This document shows positions 15,162 through 25,044 of a stretch of DNA of 32,000 nucleotides, in pieces. Origin of the DNA: a virus. Location of the stretch: the IMG/VR virus record IMGVR_UViG_3300015608_001846, positions 90,001 through 122,000 of that record. One strand, given 5' to 3'. The first letter of the stretch is position 1, and each line of letters opens with the position of its first letter. The position numbers and the translations under genes were made by a program. The notes below the pieces were generated by a model. It saw only the letters and a program-made list of their open reading frames with translations. It had not been told where the DNA came from and did not search any database.

Positions 15162-18100
15162 CAGCCACCCTTCGCTTTCTCAGCATCAAAGGAATGTGCC
15201 ATGGCAGCACCCACAGGATACACAGGGGCCCTGTTGTAACCGTTTGCATCGATGCCTGGACTGATGTCGTGGATGGGTGAAAACCCTAGGGTTACCTTGC
15301 ACAGCTTGGGTGCCGCACGGCCCATCGTGGTCTCCCACGTTGTTTTGTCGTACCAGTCAAAGTTCAACGATTCAATCGCGCCTGCCAAGCCTTTGCCTTT
15401 CACTGATTTGAAAGAACGCACTAGAGCGTTCTTGTTTTCATCGAGGAAGGTCGACAGCAGGTCGATGTTCTCGACACCAACGATACCGACTTGTTTGGTG
15501 ATATCGTTGTACGACTTCACTGTCAAGGCCAAGTCCGACTTGGGTACTGAGTACGTGCCGCCGACGACTCGCTGTTTTGGATTGGTCGCGACGTCGTACT
15601 TAGAACGCAACTCGATGTAGATCGCTTGTGCCCTGTTTGCTGACACTCCAAACCGAGCTGTGATGTCATCAGCAGTCAACAGTTCTGGCACTACGACGGC
15701 ATTTCCTTGCAACGGATCAAATGACTTGACGCTGCACTGGAAGAACTGCAGGTCGCCAGCTTCAACGTCATATGCAGGAGCATTCGTCGGTGACTTAGGT
15801 CCGGCACCGGGTAGACTGTTCCCTGTGCTCGTTGCAGCTGGGTGTCCAGGAGAAGCAATCACATACTTGAAGTTTGCCGACGGTGTCTCACGTGCTGCAG
15901 CTAGAGCCTTTCGCAGGTCGCTGGCCTTGTCAGCGGCACCCGAAAAATTGATCGAATTGTTGTCGACCTTCATCAGGCCAGAATCAGCTCCGAACAAACG
16001 CGCTAGAGCAAACCTCGAGTAATTGGATCGGATCAGATCGCCCAACCTCAGCCTGACCAGCGGACTGGCGCCGATCAATTGGCTGAACGGTTGAAAGAAA
16101 GTCGTGTTGTTACCTAAGGCGAGGCCGCGTCCTCGCGTGTACTGCGGATACACCAACGTGACCAGCTTATTGAGCTTCATCCACATGTCATCAAAGTCAT
16201 TTTCTGACGTTGCAGCGACGTAAAAACTGATATTGATGCGCCTCGAGGTGCTCTTGTAAATCTTGATCGGATCGACACGACCGATTGCGTCAGTGGTCTC
16301 CCAATTTGCGTTGAAATCGTCCGATAGTGACGCAATGAACGCGTGAAAGCTGATGATCTCGTTGGTACGAAGGTCATGGAAGTAAAATGGCACATACTCT
16401 GCGTCAAGCATCGCCTCAAGCGCCTGGACGGTTGGAGCATCCGGATCTTCAGAGTCACGGGCGATACGTGCACCGTTTGCCGCTTGATCACCCAACGACT
16501 GTGCCACGTATACCGTGCGTGACAGGGGATCAGCCAGACCAACTGGGCCCCGGAAGGCTCCGAGCTTGGTGTCTAGCAGCTGCATCGTCATGGTCGAATC
16601 TGGTATCAGATACATCGATGGAGCCCTGTTGGAGCTCCACGCCAGTTTTGTCGTCTGGCGTCCGGTTGTCGTGTCCTTTAATCTGTTCTTTTGGACTGTC
16701 GCATACGAAGCGTCGTTATTGATAGCGTCTGTCCGCGAGGTGACCAACTTGCCGCGGTTGTCAGGTGAGGTGTCTCGAAGCGATTCTGACAGCACAGCAT
16801 CGCCCAATGACGCAAAAACGTTGATCGCTGCAAACAACCGCGAATCTCGCAATGCTGACAACAGGCCGACGATGCTCTTGACGCCGGCGATCGGGTTAGA
16901 GGCAAACGCTTTACCGGTCGACGAGACAGATTCTGCGATCGTCAATCCCGATCGGATGATCGTTCGAGCCACGATGATATTGGCGCCAGCGTTGGTCGAA
17001 TCGCTCAACGTCGATGCAGCTGAGTTCAGAAAAGCTGTCTTTAACTGGTTGCCTGCGCTGTCCTGAGCATGAGCAGCACCCAAAAAATACGCAGCTGTGC
17101 CAGTCTTAAGCGCATCACCGAATGGAAACAAAGTAGGTCTGATGTTGAGCAACGAAAAGAGGCTCGGCGGCAGGCCCACCTTGTTGGGATCAGCCAGGGG
17201 TTCTGATGTGTATGATCCTAAGGTGTACAATCCTCCGCTCTTTTTGTCCTTGGGATTTGCAGCACCTCCCAACGCCAGCAGCGCTCCCAGGCTCTCAAAA
17301 ACAACGCCCAAGGCGACTGTCAAGGCCAGTGCTAGTGCGACTTGACCCAGGTTTAGAAGCCCAGCGAACGGTTCTTCGACGTTGTTGAGGTTGCCCCATG
17401 ATTGATCACCGATCGGTGAGATCTCTGTCAAAGACCCGGGTGGGACCTCCTCCTTGACGATGTTGTCTAGCACATCTGCTGCCTGTAGCAGGACGTTGTT
17501 GACCTTGAGCACGCCTAGCTGGTTTGGACTCGGGATCAACGCTCCTTCCGCTGCCTCGGCGCCCGTGGGATTGAACCCACTGGTGAAGGCAAATGGAAAC
17601 TCACCAGACGACCGAAGCGACAACCCTGCACCGACCTGTGCTAACACCAACGCAGACACCTCACCACGTCCTGGGACCCTGAAGGTTGGGTTGAATCCCG
17701 GATCTGGTCGATCAACGTTGCCGTTGTTGAGACGCGCAGCATCAGTAAAACGATTGTTGCTGATGATTGACGTCGTATACGTTGCGATCGGATCTGGTAA
17801 GGAATCCTTTGTAACTGATGACAACAAGGAGTTCCCGTTGATTAACTGTGGCGTTTCCCGACCCTTACTGATGTTCAAGGAAGTTGCGGGGTCTGCGACG
17901 GGGCGATCGATTGATGATCTTAGGTCAGGGTTATCCGCAACGACACCAGCGGCTGCAGAACGTGTTGTGAACTGAGGATCGTTCGTCGGATCGTCAGCCA
18001 ACGGGTGAGGCGTACCGTTCTCATCAGTCAAGGATGTTTCAACGTATGAACCGTCGAGCGGGTACGCATTAACCTTTGTGATCCCCTTGAGGTACTGTCC

Positions 18101-18271
18101 CAACGTCTTTTTGGTCCGCTTGCTGATGTCCTTAACGTCGTTATCGACGTCAATGTCACCGTGGTTCGGAGACCCGCCGTCGATCCCCGCTGCGTCTGGG
18201 TCTCCTACGTCATACGTGTAGACCTTTCCGTCGACCTCAAACCCGCCTGTTCCGGTGTTAGTTCCCATCAA
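15161..18271 (-). CDS. Large tail/baseplate protein (1036 aa) containing a tail-tube-fold-like segment (gp19/gp48/gp54-like)
   Basis: VPFYFHDLRTNEIISFHAFIASLSDDFNANWETTDAIGRVDPIKIYKSTSRRINISFYVAA and the C-terminal ...PKLCKVTLGFSPIHD resemble the pattern in the gp19-like ORF at 29018-29506. It sits just downstream of the tape measure, as T4 gp48/gp54 do. Confidence 0.5.
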   Translation of the reverse strand: MMGTNTGTGGFEVDGKVYTYDVGDPDAAGIDGGSPNHGDIDVDNDVKDISKRTKKTLGQYLKGITKVNAYPLDGSYVETSLTDENGTPHPLADDPTNDPQFTTRSAAAGVVADNPDLRSSIDRPVADPATSLNISKGRETPQLINGNSLLSSVTKDSLPDPIATYTTSIISNNRFTDAARLNNGNVDRPDPGFNPTFRVPGRGEVSALVLAQVGAGLSLRSSGEFPFAFTSGFNPTGAEAAEGALIPSPNQLGVLKVNNVLLQAADVLDNIVKEEVPPGSLTEISPIGDQSWGNLNNVEEPFAGLLNLGQVALALALTVALGVVFESLGALLALGGAANPKDKKSGGLYTLGSYTSEPLADPNKVGLPPSLFSLLNIRPTLFPFGDALKTGTAAYFLGAAHAQDSAGNQLKTAFLNSAASTLSDSTNAGANIIVARTIIRSGLTIAESVSSTGKAFASNPIAGVKSIVGLLSALRDSRLFAAINVFASLGDAVLSESLRDTSPDNRGKLVTSRTDAINNDASYATVQKNRLKDTTTGRQTTKLAWSSNRAPSMYLIPDSTMTMQLLDTKLGAFRGPVGLADPLSRTVYVAQSLGDQAANGARIARDSEDPDAPTVQALEAMLDAEYVPFYFHDLRTNEIISFHAFIASLSDDFNANWETTDAIGRVDPIKIYKSTSRRINISFYVAATSENDFDDMWMKLNKLVTLVYPQYTRGRGLALGNNTTFFQPFSQLIGASPLVRLRLGDLIRSNYSRFALARLFGADSGLMKVDNNSINFSGAADKASDLRKALAAARETPSANFKYVIASPGHPAATSTGNSLPGAGPKSPTNAPAYDVEAGDLQFFQCSVKSFDPLQGNAVVVPELLTADDITARFGVSANRAQAIYIELRSKYDVATNPKQRVVGGTYSVPKSDLALTVKSYNDITKQVGIVGVENIDLLSTFLDENKNALVRSFKSVKGKGLAGAIESLNFDWYDKTTWETTMGRAAPKLCKVTLGFSPIHDISPGIDANGYNRAPVYPVGAAMAHSFDAEKAKGG

Positions 18272-18540
18272 CCGATCGATCCTGACACGACTGATCCGTC
18301 GCGTTCATTAACTACCACACCGGTCGCGTTCAACTCCCGTTGAAACCTGGCAATTGCGTCCGGATCCTGTTGGATCGCTCCCGCTAACGGAACGAGAGCG
18401 TTGCACAGCTGCGCGACGACTCCTTCAGTGATCCCGATGATCCGACGACGTTCAGTTTCGTCCTTTGCCAGTGCTAAGGCTCGCTTGTAGGTTGGATCAT
18501 TGCGGAGGCGTTTGATGACCTCGTCACTTGAAGGCTTCAT
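18268..18540 (-). CDS. Hypothetical protein (90 aa) between the tape measure and the 1036-aa protein
   Basis: An ORF with ATGA coupling to the downstream gene. No motif recognised. Confidence 0.5.
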   Translation of the reverse strand: MKPSSDEVIKRLRNDPTYKRALALAKDETERRRIIGITEGVVAQLCNALVPLAGAIQQDPDAIARFQRELNATGVVVNERDGSVVSGSIG

Positions 18541-18557
18541 ACGAATCGTACCTTACA

Positions 18558-21500
18558 TCAACCCGTCGACGGCGCTAGGCTACCAGCGTTGAAGCCCGAA
18601 GAATACGTCTCAGGGATCGACGGCGACGCCTTGTCGCTTGGGTTTTCAAGAGCAAAATTGAGGCGTTCACGGATGATCGATGACTTCCTCATGACGATCA
18701 CCTTTTCAACCTCCCCAGCTTCCATCGTCACGTTGAGGTTGACGGTCAACTGGACCATCTTGTTGGTGATCGTGTAATTTGTTTTAGAACCCAATCCAAC
18801 AGCAGTTGCAAGTTTTTTGAGTTTGACTGGTGTGTCAATCTTGATGCCGCTATTCAAGGCTGTGTCTAAGTCATTGGCCGCTTTGACCATGTCGCTAGCC
18901 GCCTTGAGCGCTGTAGCGATAGCATCGCCCTTCAATGCAGTCGTGATCTTGCTGACCTGGTCACCATAATCCTTCAACCGCGAAATCGATGAACTGACGT
19001 CCTTCAATGCCTCAGGCGTCAGGGTCGTCGTCACCTTTTGTAAGGCGTCAACGCTCTTGGAAACGGTGAAGATGGTCCGGTTGATGGCTCCGGAGACCTC
19101 ATCAGGATCGACCTTCGTCGTTGTCATCGTCTTGAAGCTACTGGTCAACGACGCCATCGACGCAAACAGACCTTTCAACTGATCGCTCACCTTGGCAACC
19201 TTGTCGCTGCCCAACGACTGCAACCGCGTCCCAACGTTCTTGATGTTGGTGACTAACATCTCCAGCGTCGATCCGGTGCCCTCGTTTTGGATCAACTTCT
19301 GAAAGAAATAACTCATGGCGTTGATCGACGCCAGCAACGGTTCAATGTTGGCTACGTCACCCTCACCCTCGGCGCCCTTTTTGCTGAGGGCGGCGATCGA
19401 TTGTGCCAGCTTTGGCACCTCACCGATGAAACCAAACAGCTTTTGCAGATCCTCGAGGCGCTTGCTGATGTTGGAGTCTACAACGACTGAGTTGACAGTA
19501 TCGATGACGGCGTTGAACAGCTTGGGCAGCGCCTCCGCCATCCCTTCGAACAATGCCTGCAGGTCGGGTGCTGACTCAGTCGCCCACTCTGTGGCGCCGT
19601 TGACCTCCATCGGCGTGCTCTTGGAGCCCTTAGCGACGGTCGCGATCGACGCTGCGATGCTAGAGACGGTGCCCAACAGGCTGACCAACGATTTGACGTT
19701 CTCAACCTGTGCCGGAGTTAGGTCCTTGGCTGTCTCTACGACCTTGTCGATCAAGGTGTCAACCAATGTCGGCAACAGCTCGCTCATCTGCGTTGCCATC
19801 GTCTCAATGGTGACCTGGATGTTCTTTACGTTCAGGTTCGATGCCTTCGTCTTGACCAAACCCCAACCGGCGCTGAGCTCTGACGTGTCAGTGAAGGCCT
19901 TCATCGTCTCAGACGACGGAGTGATAGATTTCAGGATCTGCGACATGCCCCCGATCAGGTTGGCAACGACCTGAGCTTTTTCAGGGTCCGGGACATCGAG
20001 CGTCGCCATCTTCTTGATGATACCGATGATACCGTCGTCACCTGAACCGTCAGCTTTGCCCGTCAACATCTCCATGGCACCCTTACGCATGTTGGTGACA
20101 TAGAAGTTGACGTCAGTCGCCAGGCTCTGAAAATTGTGCGAAGGATCGACCAGCTTATTGATGAAGCTGCCGCCTTGTTCGTAGAAAGCATCGGGTGGAG
20201 CAGCTGACTTCATGAAATCTGTGATGCCTTGCATCACATCAGCGAAGATCTTCGCAGCCTCGGCCATGCCAGGACCGCCAACGTTGAGCTTCTTGATTGA
20301 GTCCATGACGACCTCAACGACACCGATGATGCCGCGGCCGCTGCCTCGTTCGCCGACCATCTCACGGATCAGCTTGACAGCAGCGTCGACCTTCTCTGAG
20401 AACGATTCGACACGACCGGTGACGAACTCAGTAAACGTCGGGGTCATCAGGCCGACCATGTGTACCAGGGTGTCTGAGAACGCCTGGATCGCCTTCATGA
20501 TCGACAAAAACGCATCGATCTTTCGTTGGAAGTCTGATTCGACCTTGAGCGCTGAGATCTCCTTGATTATGCTTACCGACAGTGATGCGATCTCAGCAAC
20601 TGCTCCTGCGATCACACCCATGCCGATCGCGGCAGCTGCCAGCACGATCGCTTGCGGACCGGTCGCCAGCGCACCGATGGCCATGCTTGCCAAGATCAAC
20701 GGCACCATGGAAAGGAAGACGAGCGACATCTTTAGCATCAGATCGCCTGCGCCAGCAAGTTCAGCTGGTTTAGCAGTCGATTTCAGGAGATATGCTAGAC
20801 CTGCACCGGTGGCACCGACGATCGCAACAGCTGCCGCAATGACCAACCCACCCTTGAGGATGTCTCCGGCTGAGCCCACTTTGGCAGCAATCTTCATTGC
20901 TAACATCAACGGAATGGCAGCTGTGACCATGGTCCCCAAGATCACCATCGGACCGATCGCATCACTGATGCTCTTGATGCCGCCGCTGTCGAGGATCTTT
21001 TTCATGACAACGAACGTCTCTGCCATGATGACGCCGCCAGCAGCCAAGGCTGCTGCGATAGCGACCAGCTTCAGACCCAGCTTGACAGCCTCCTTGACGC
21101 CCCAACTCGAGCCCTTGTCAGCGTTGACTGCTTTACCGGTTGCTGCGTTGATGTCACCCGCGGCCTTGATGGCGCTAGTGTCAGTTTTGGGCACCTTCGC
21201 TGAGGCTTCAGCGACCTTGGCCACGTTGGTGCCCAATGATTGGATCGCTTTCTTGCCTGCGCCTGTCAACAACCCAACACCCGCCTGAGTGATTGAGGTG
21301 ACCAGTGCGCCCAACAAGGCCCGACCCAAGGCTGGGCCAAACAAGATCCCCGCAACGTATGGGATGATGGGCTTGATGAGTGCTGTGAACTCATCGGACG
21401 TAAAGTAATCGTATGCCTTCTTGCCGATCGTCTTGATGAGGTCCCACATCGCTGGTGCGATGACCTTCCACGCATATTTCAACGAATCAACAATGGGTGC

Positions 21501-23459
21501 CAAGACCTCTTCAAGGAACCCTAACGTACCTGACGTCGATCCTTTGGCGCTGGAGATGAGCCTTGATGGGTCCCTGATGACGTCCGTCACGAACCTCAAT
21601 GTCTCAGCGACCTTGTCAGCGACCCACTTGATGGCCTCAGCAACGAGGCGTGTCAACGTCTTAAAGATCGTCTTAAACCCATCGAGCATCTTCCTGCCCG
21701 ACGTCGACTCCTTGTCAAAGAAATCAAAGAACTTATCACGCAGCTTGTCCATCAGGCTGGCGAACGACGCTTTGCCGTGTGGGTCCGATAAATCCTTCAT
21801 GAACTGAATGAAGACGTCGGTCACACCACCAGCGAGTGACTTGAACTTGCCTGGTTGAAAGAACTCAGCGATCCCGCCCAGGAACTTCTTGACACCCGGG
21901 AACAACTCAACGAAGGCGCGTCCGAGCCTCATGCCTTGCATGTAGACCTGGTTCAGACCCACCTTGATGTTCATGATGATGCTGCGAAACTCTTTGCTCG
22001 ACTGGATGCCGCCCAAAAAGCCCTTGACGAACATGTCCCAGAAACCGCCGGCCTGCTGCCCTCCACCCGATTTCACCAGGCGCTCGATTGACGCCGCCAG
22101 CTTTGACATCGCTTCAGCCTGCGACATCGTCTTCTTCTCAGCCTGTTCGCTCTTCTTCTTGAGGTCGTCCATTCGGACGCCCTGGTTTTTCATCGAAAAG
22201 GCCTGGCGAACTGTGGCCTCGTCTAGACCCGTAGTCGTCGCCAGGAGTTTGGCCTGCTGACGGGTGAAGTCGCTGGCGTCGACACCTGCTGCGGCGAACG
22301 ACTTCTTTAACATGTCGATCTGTTCGGCAGGGTTCTGTGCCTCCATCATCTTGAAGGCATCGATCTGCACTCCGAATGCCTGTGACAACTTAGCCGCTGA
22401 TTCAGCCGCTGAGTCAAACGTCTCAAAGGCGTCAAGGGTGCCAGTGATCTTGTCGAGTTCGAGCCCTAGCTTTCGAGCGTAGACTGACGCCTGAGCGATC
22501 TCTTTGACGGTCAGCGCACCGAAGTGACGCACGTCCTGCATCGCCTTCGACATGTCCTTGCCGATGACTTTTTGCGAGATGCCGAACGCCTTGCCCAAGG
22601 CCAGGGTCTGCTTGGTCATGTCAAGGAAGACCTTGGCCATCGGCTTACCGATCCTGATTGCGGTGTCACCGATGGCTTTCATCTGCTCATCAGAGACTCC
22701 CAAGCCCTTCTGGTACGCCAACAATGCGCCCCCGTTGGCTTTGAACTCATCGACGAGCATACCAAACGTCGCACCCATGGCGACAGCGACCTTGGTCACC
22801 AGCTGCAACTTTTCAGCCAGCGTGCCAAAGACTCTAAACGCATTGAGTCCAGTATCGGCAAACCCAGCTAACGAATCAGCAGCATCGAGCACAGCACGTG
22901 ACGAGGGTTCAGCAAAATCACCCAACTCCTTGCGAAGGTTCTCAAGGGCCTCTGCTAGCTCGTTCGAGCCGCCGCTTGCGTTGGCCGCAATGTCGACCAA
23001 CGCATTGAACATCTTGAAAGGGATCGCAATGATCGATGCAGTGACATTGACCAACCCGTCAATGATCCCAGCAAAGAATCCTGTGACGCCCTTGCCCAAG
23101 GCAATGACGTTCTTCAACCCTTGCATGAAACCGGAAAGTGCACTGACACCTACAGCAAGTGTTCCCGGAAACTTTTTCGACACCCAGGTCCCCATCTCTT
23201 TGATGCGACCCGATAGGCTTTTGACAAGTTTTTCTGAACCCGACAGTTCCTTTTGAAGGTTTGTCAGCTTGGTGGCATTGAGTTGCGACAGGTCCTGTCC
23301 CTTTAGACCTTCGACGGCGCGGGTCAGCTTCTCAACGGCACCGATCTGCGTGTCGAACGATTGCTCGACACGCGACATCGACTTTGCCATCTGGTCGATC
23401 GCAGACGCCAACTTCTGCGTCATGACGAGCTGGTCTGACAGTTCTTCTTTCGTTGCCAC
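18558..23459 (-). CDS. Tail tape measure protein (1633 aa)
   Basis: The size, the Ala/Gly/Lys/Leu-rich helical composition and a central cluster of hydrophobic transmembrane-like segments (VAIAAALAAGGVIM..., ILGTMVTAAIPLMLAM..., LVIAAAVAIVGATGAGLAYLL..., VFLSMVPLILASMAIGALA...) fit a tape measure. So does the position in the tail module. The start is GTG with no obvious SD. Confidence 0.8.
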   Translation of the reverse strand: MATKEELSDQLVMTQKLASAIDQMAKSMSRVEQSFDTQIGAVEKLTRAVEGLKGQDLSQLNATKLTNLQKELSGSEKLVKSLSGRIKEMGTWVSKKFPGTLAVGVSALSGFMQGLKNVIALGKGVTGFFAGIIDGLVNVTASIIAIPFKMFNALVDIAANASGGSNELAEALENLRKELGDFAEPSSRAVLDAADSLAGFADTGLNAFRVFGTLAEKLQLVTKVAVAMGATFGMLVDEFKANGGALLAYQKGLGVSDEQMKAIGDTAIRIGKPMAKVFLDMTKQTLALGKAFGISQKVIGKDMSKAMQDVRHFGALTVKEIAQASVYARKLGLELDKITGTLDAFETFDSAAESAAKLSQAFGVQIDAFKMMEAQNPAEQIDMLKKSFAAAGVDASDFTRQQAKLLATTTGLDEATVRQAFSMKNQGVRMDDLKKKSEQAEKKTMSQAEAMSKLAASIERLVKSGGGQQAGGFWDMFVKGFLGGIQSSKEFRSIIMNIKVGLNQVYMQGMRLGRAFVELFPGVKKFLGGIAEFFQPGKFKSLAGGVTDVFIQFMKDLSDPHGKASFASLMDKLRDKFFDFFDKESTSGRKMLDGFKTIFKTLTRLVAEAIKWVADKVAETLRFVTDVIRDPSRLISSAKGSTSGTLGFLEEVLAPIVDSLKYAWKVIAPAMWDLIKTIGKKAYDYFTSDEFTALIKPIIPYVAGILFGPALGRALLGALVTSITQAGVGLLTGAGKKAIQSLGTNVAKVAEASAKVPKTDTSAIKAAGDINAATGKAVNADKGSSWGVKEAVKLGLKLVAIAAALAAGGVIMAETFVVMKKILDSGGIKSISDAIGPMVILGTMVTAAIPLMLAMKIAAKVGSAGDILKGGLVIAAAVAIVGATGAGLAYLLKSTAKPAELAGAGDLMLKMSLVFLSMVPLILASMAIGALATGPQAIVLAAAAIGMGVIAGAVAEIASLSVSIIKEISALKVESDFQRKIDAFLSIMKAIQAFSDTLVHMVGLMTPTFTEFVTGRVESFSEKVDAAVKLIREMVGERGSGRGIIGVVEVVMDSIKKLNVGGPGMAEAAKIFADVMQGITDFMKSAAPPDAFYEQGGSFINKLVDPSHNFQSLATDVNFYVTNMRKGAMEMLTGKADGSGDDGIIGIIKKMATLDVPDPEKAQVVANLIGGMSQILKSITPSSETMKAFTDTSELSAGWGLVKTKASNLNVKNIQVTIETMATQMSELLPTLVDTLIDKVVETAKDLTPAQVENVKSLVSLLGTVSSIAASIATVAKGSKSTPMEVNGATEWATESAPDLQALFEGMAEALPKLFNAVIDTVNSVVVDSNISKRLEDLQKLFGFIGEVPKLAQSIAALSKKGAEGEGDVANIEPLLASINAMSYFFQKLIQNEGTGSTLEMLVTNIKNVGTRLQSLGSDKVAKVSDQLKGLFASMASLTSSFKTMTTTKVDPDEVSGAINRTIFTVSKSVDALQKVTTTLTPEALKDVSSSISRLKDYGDQVSKITTALKGDAIATALKAASDMVKAANDLDTALNSGIKIDTPVKLKKLATAVGLGSKTNYTITNKMVQLTVNLNVTMEAGEVEKVIVMRKSSIIRERLNFALENPSDKASPSIPETYSSGFNAGSLAPSTG

Positions 23460-23480
23460 TACCGACTACTTATCGTCGAC

Positions 23481-23765
23481 ATGACTGCACCCCACCGCCT
23501 CAATGAGCTCGGACTGAACTTGCTTGGAAGGTTGTTTTTTGCGTCGTGCGCAGCATGGCTCGTCGGTAAGGCGACCAACGTAAAGCTGCGCGGGACCCCC
23601 GAAGAGATCAACGCTGTGGCCAACGCGATGATGGCATCACGACGATTTCAAGACGAACTGCGACGGCCGGGAGCGACCGTCGAATCTGTCATCCAAAAGC
23701 TGGGGTTGAAGCACGCTAGCGCTCGAGAGTTCGAGCAGATCTTGGGTGTTCCGTTCCCGCTCTGA
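23481..23765 (+). CDS. Hypothetical small protein (94 aa) with one N-terminal hydrophobic helix, antisense to the tail operon
   Basis: It is the only ORF of 60 codons or more on either strand in the 344-nt gap between the 113-aa gene and the tape measure. The sequence is protein-like (LNLLGRLFFASCAAWLVG, then charged helices). No SD is seen. Confidence 0.45.
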   Translation: MTAPHRLNELGLNLLGRLFFASCAAWLVGKATNVKLRGTPEEINAVANAMMASRRFQDELRRPGATVESVIQKLGLKHASAREFEQILGVPFPL

Positions 23766-23803
23766 TCACACAACAATGGATGACCGTTCAGTCCCCAATG
23801 CGT

Positions 23804-24145
23804 TCATGTGAACCGACGCAACCTAGATGGCACGTGTGACCGTGCCATTCCTTGCATCTGCCTGACGTCGGGTGTGTTCTGGTGTAAGGCTCGAGATTGG
23901 TTCGTGCCGTTCTCAGCACCCTTGTTGAGTTCCTTGATGATCCTGTCAATAAACCAGCGTTTGTAGGGCACTGGAAGGTGAAGCGTTTCCTTCCAGGAAA
24001 ACCCACCGTAGTACATCAACAGGAACGACGGCTCAAGGATCAGTTGATCCTTGTCCTCGGGTCCAACACCGAAGAACGTCTTACCGGGATCCAGGCCAGA
24101 GAAACCCCGTGTTGATGGGCATGCCGACCTCCTCGGCATGACCAC
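23804..24145 (-). CDS. Hypothetical protein (up to 113 aa) downstream of the gp26-like gene
   Basis: The ORF overlaps the end of the upstream gene by 65 nt, so the start is uncertain. The conserved-looking core is FLLMYYGGFSWKETLHLPVPYKRWFIDRIIKELNK. Confidence 0.45.
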   Translation of the reverse strand: MVMPRRSACPSTRGFSGLDPGKTFFGVGPEDKDQLILEPSFLLMYYGGFSWKETLHLPVPYKRWFIDRIIKELNKGAENGTNQSRALHQNTPDVRQMQGMARSHVPSRLRRFT

Positions 24146-24956
24146 ACGAAGAACAAATCGTCTCTTGTCGCATCTTGATGCCGGGTTCGTTGTCGCGGAT
24201 GTAGTTTCGCAACGCTAAGGAGTCACGTGCAGGCAGGTTATTGATGAAGTTGCGCAACAACGATCTATCAACCTGCTCATTGACAGCGATGATGCTTGAG
24301 AACAGGCTGTTGGAGACCGACGACTCGGCGACGATGCCTTGTTTCTTTTGTCGTTCTTGTGTCAGCATGATCTCTTCTTCGTCACGCCCTGTCAAGAACT
24401 TGAACCTGACCCGCTTCTTCGAATAAGGAAGCGTGAACTCAAACTGGTTGGTTCCCTCCTCGACAGGGTCGATCGCAAGAGGACTGATGGGTAGCTGTGC
24501 CAGGTTAAAGACCTGCGATGACTTGACACCACACTCGTTGCACTCAACCTCTGCATCATACTCGTGACCGTAGCCGGTGATGCGAATGGCGACCATCAAC
24601 GCGTTACGATCACCCACCAGCAGGTCAAGCGGATTGATCCCCTTGTCGACCATGCATGAGCGGATCAACTCAGTGATGACGGTGCCCTTCTTCAAGAAGG
24701 CCTTTGACGTCAAGATGTCCTCTTCACGCGTCGTCATGGCCCTGATCTCGATCGTTTCTCGGTTATGCAGTGCCGAACCGATCGGATAGACTTTGCCGCC
24801 CGAAGGCAAGGGAACGGTCTCAAGCGGGATGTCAAGGCCAAACTCTGCCTTGACTTTTTCGGCAGCAGTGTACGACTTGATGTTAGGATCTGAGGCTGCC
24901 TGTGGAATTCCAGGCGTTCCGAAGACAGCGTTTCGTTGTTCACGTTCGTCTGACAT
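24081..24956 (-). CDS. Baseplate hub protein, T4 gp26-like (putative)
   Basis: LPSGGKVYPIGSALHNRETIEIRAMTTREEDILTS matches my recollection of the T4_baseplate (gp26) family signature LPS.G..Y....v.vR.mt..eE.il. Two CxxC pairs are present (ECNECG, CSSCG). GAGAAGGAAC lies upstream of the ATG. Confidence 0.55.
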   Translation of the reverse strand: MSDEREQRNAVFGTPGIPQAASDPNIKSYTAAEKVKAEFGLDIPLETVPLPSGGKVYPIGSALHNRETIEIRAMTTREEDILTSKAFLKKGTVITELIRSCMVDKGINPLDLLVGDRNALMVAIRITGYGHEYDAEVECNECGVKSSQVFNLAQLPISPLAIDPVEEGTNQFEFTLPYSKKRVRFKFLTGRDEEEIMLTQERQKKQGIVAESSVSNSLFSSIIAVNEQVDRSLLRNFINNLPARDSLALRNYIRDNEPGIKMRQETICSSCGHAEEVGMPINTGFLWPGSR

Positions 24957-24966
24957 GCGTTCCTTC

Positions 24967-24996
24967 TCGCAGACAAGGTACTTTGTCGGTCTGCGA
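24967..24996 (-). promoter_or_regulatory. 8-bp-stem hairpin abutting the SD of the gp26-like gene (tcgcagac / gtctgcga, 14-nt loop)
   Basis: The arms 24967-24974 and 24989-24996 are perfect complements. The proximal arm ends directly at the SD GAGAAGGA. Confidence 0.35.
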
Positions 24997-25044
24997 ACGT
25001 AAATACGCAGTCAGCGCAAACGTAGGCCGAATCAGTGGACAACG

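Noticed and set aside
15252-17975. Plus-strand ORFs 15252..15620, 15660..16022, 16515..17066, 17454..17975 and others lie inside the 1036-aa gene.
   Set aside because: They are antisense shadows of a continuous, translationally coupled minus-strand ORF. Their sequence is low-complexity and Arg/Ser/Pro-rich.
18589-23484. Many long plus-strand ORFs, for example 20212..21288 (358 aa), 22552..23256 (234 aa) and 19315..19974 (219 aa), lie antisense to the tape measure gene.
   Set aside because: They are shadow ORFs of an Ala/Gly/Leu/Lys-rich 1633-aa minus-strand ORF. Their translations are low-complexity (Ser/Pro/Thr/Ala-rich) with no motifs. They tile within one coherent gene.
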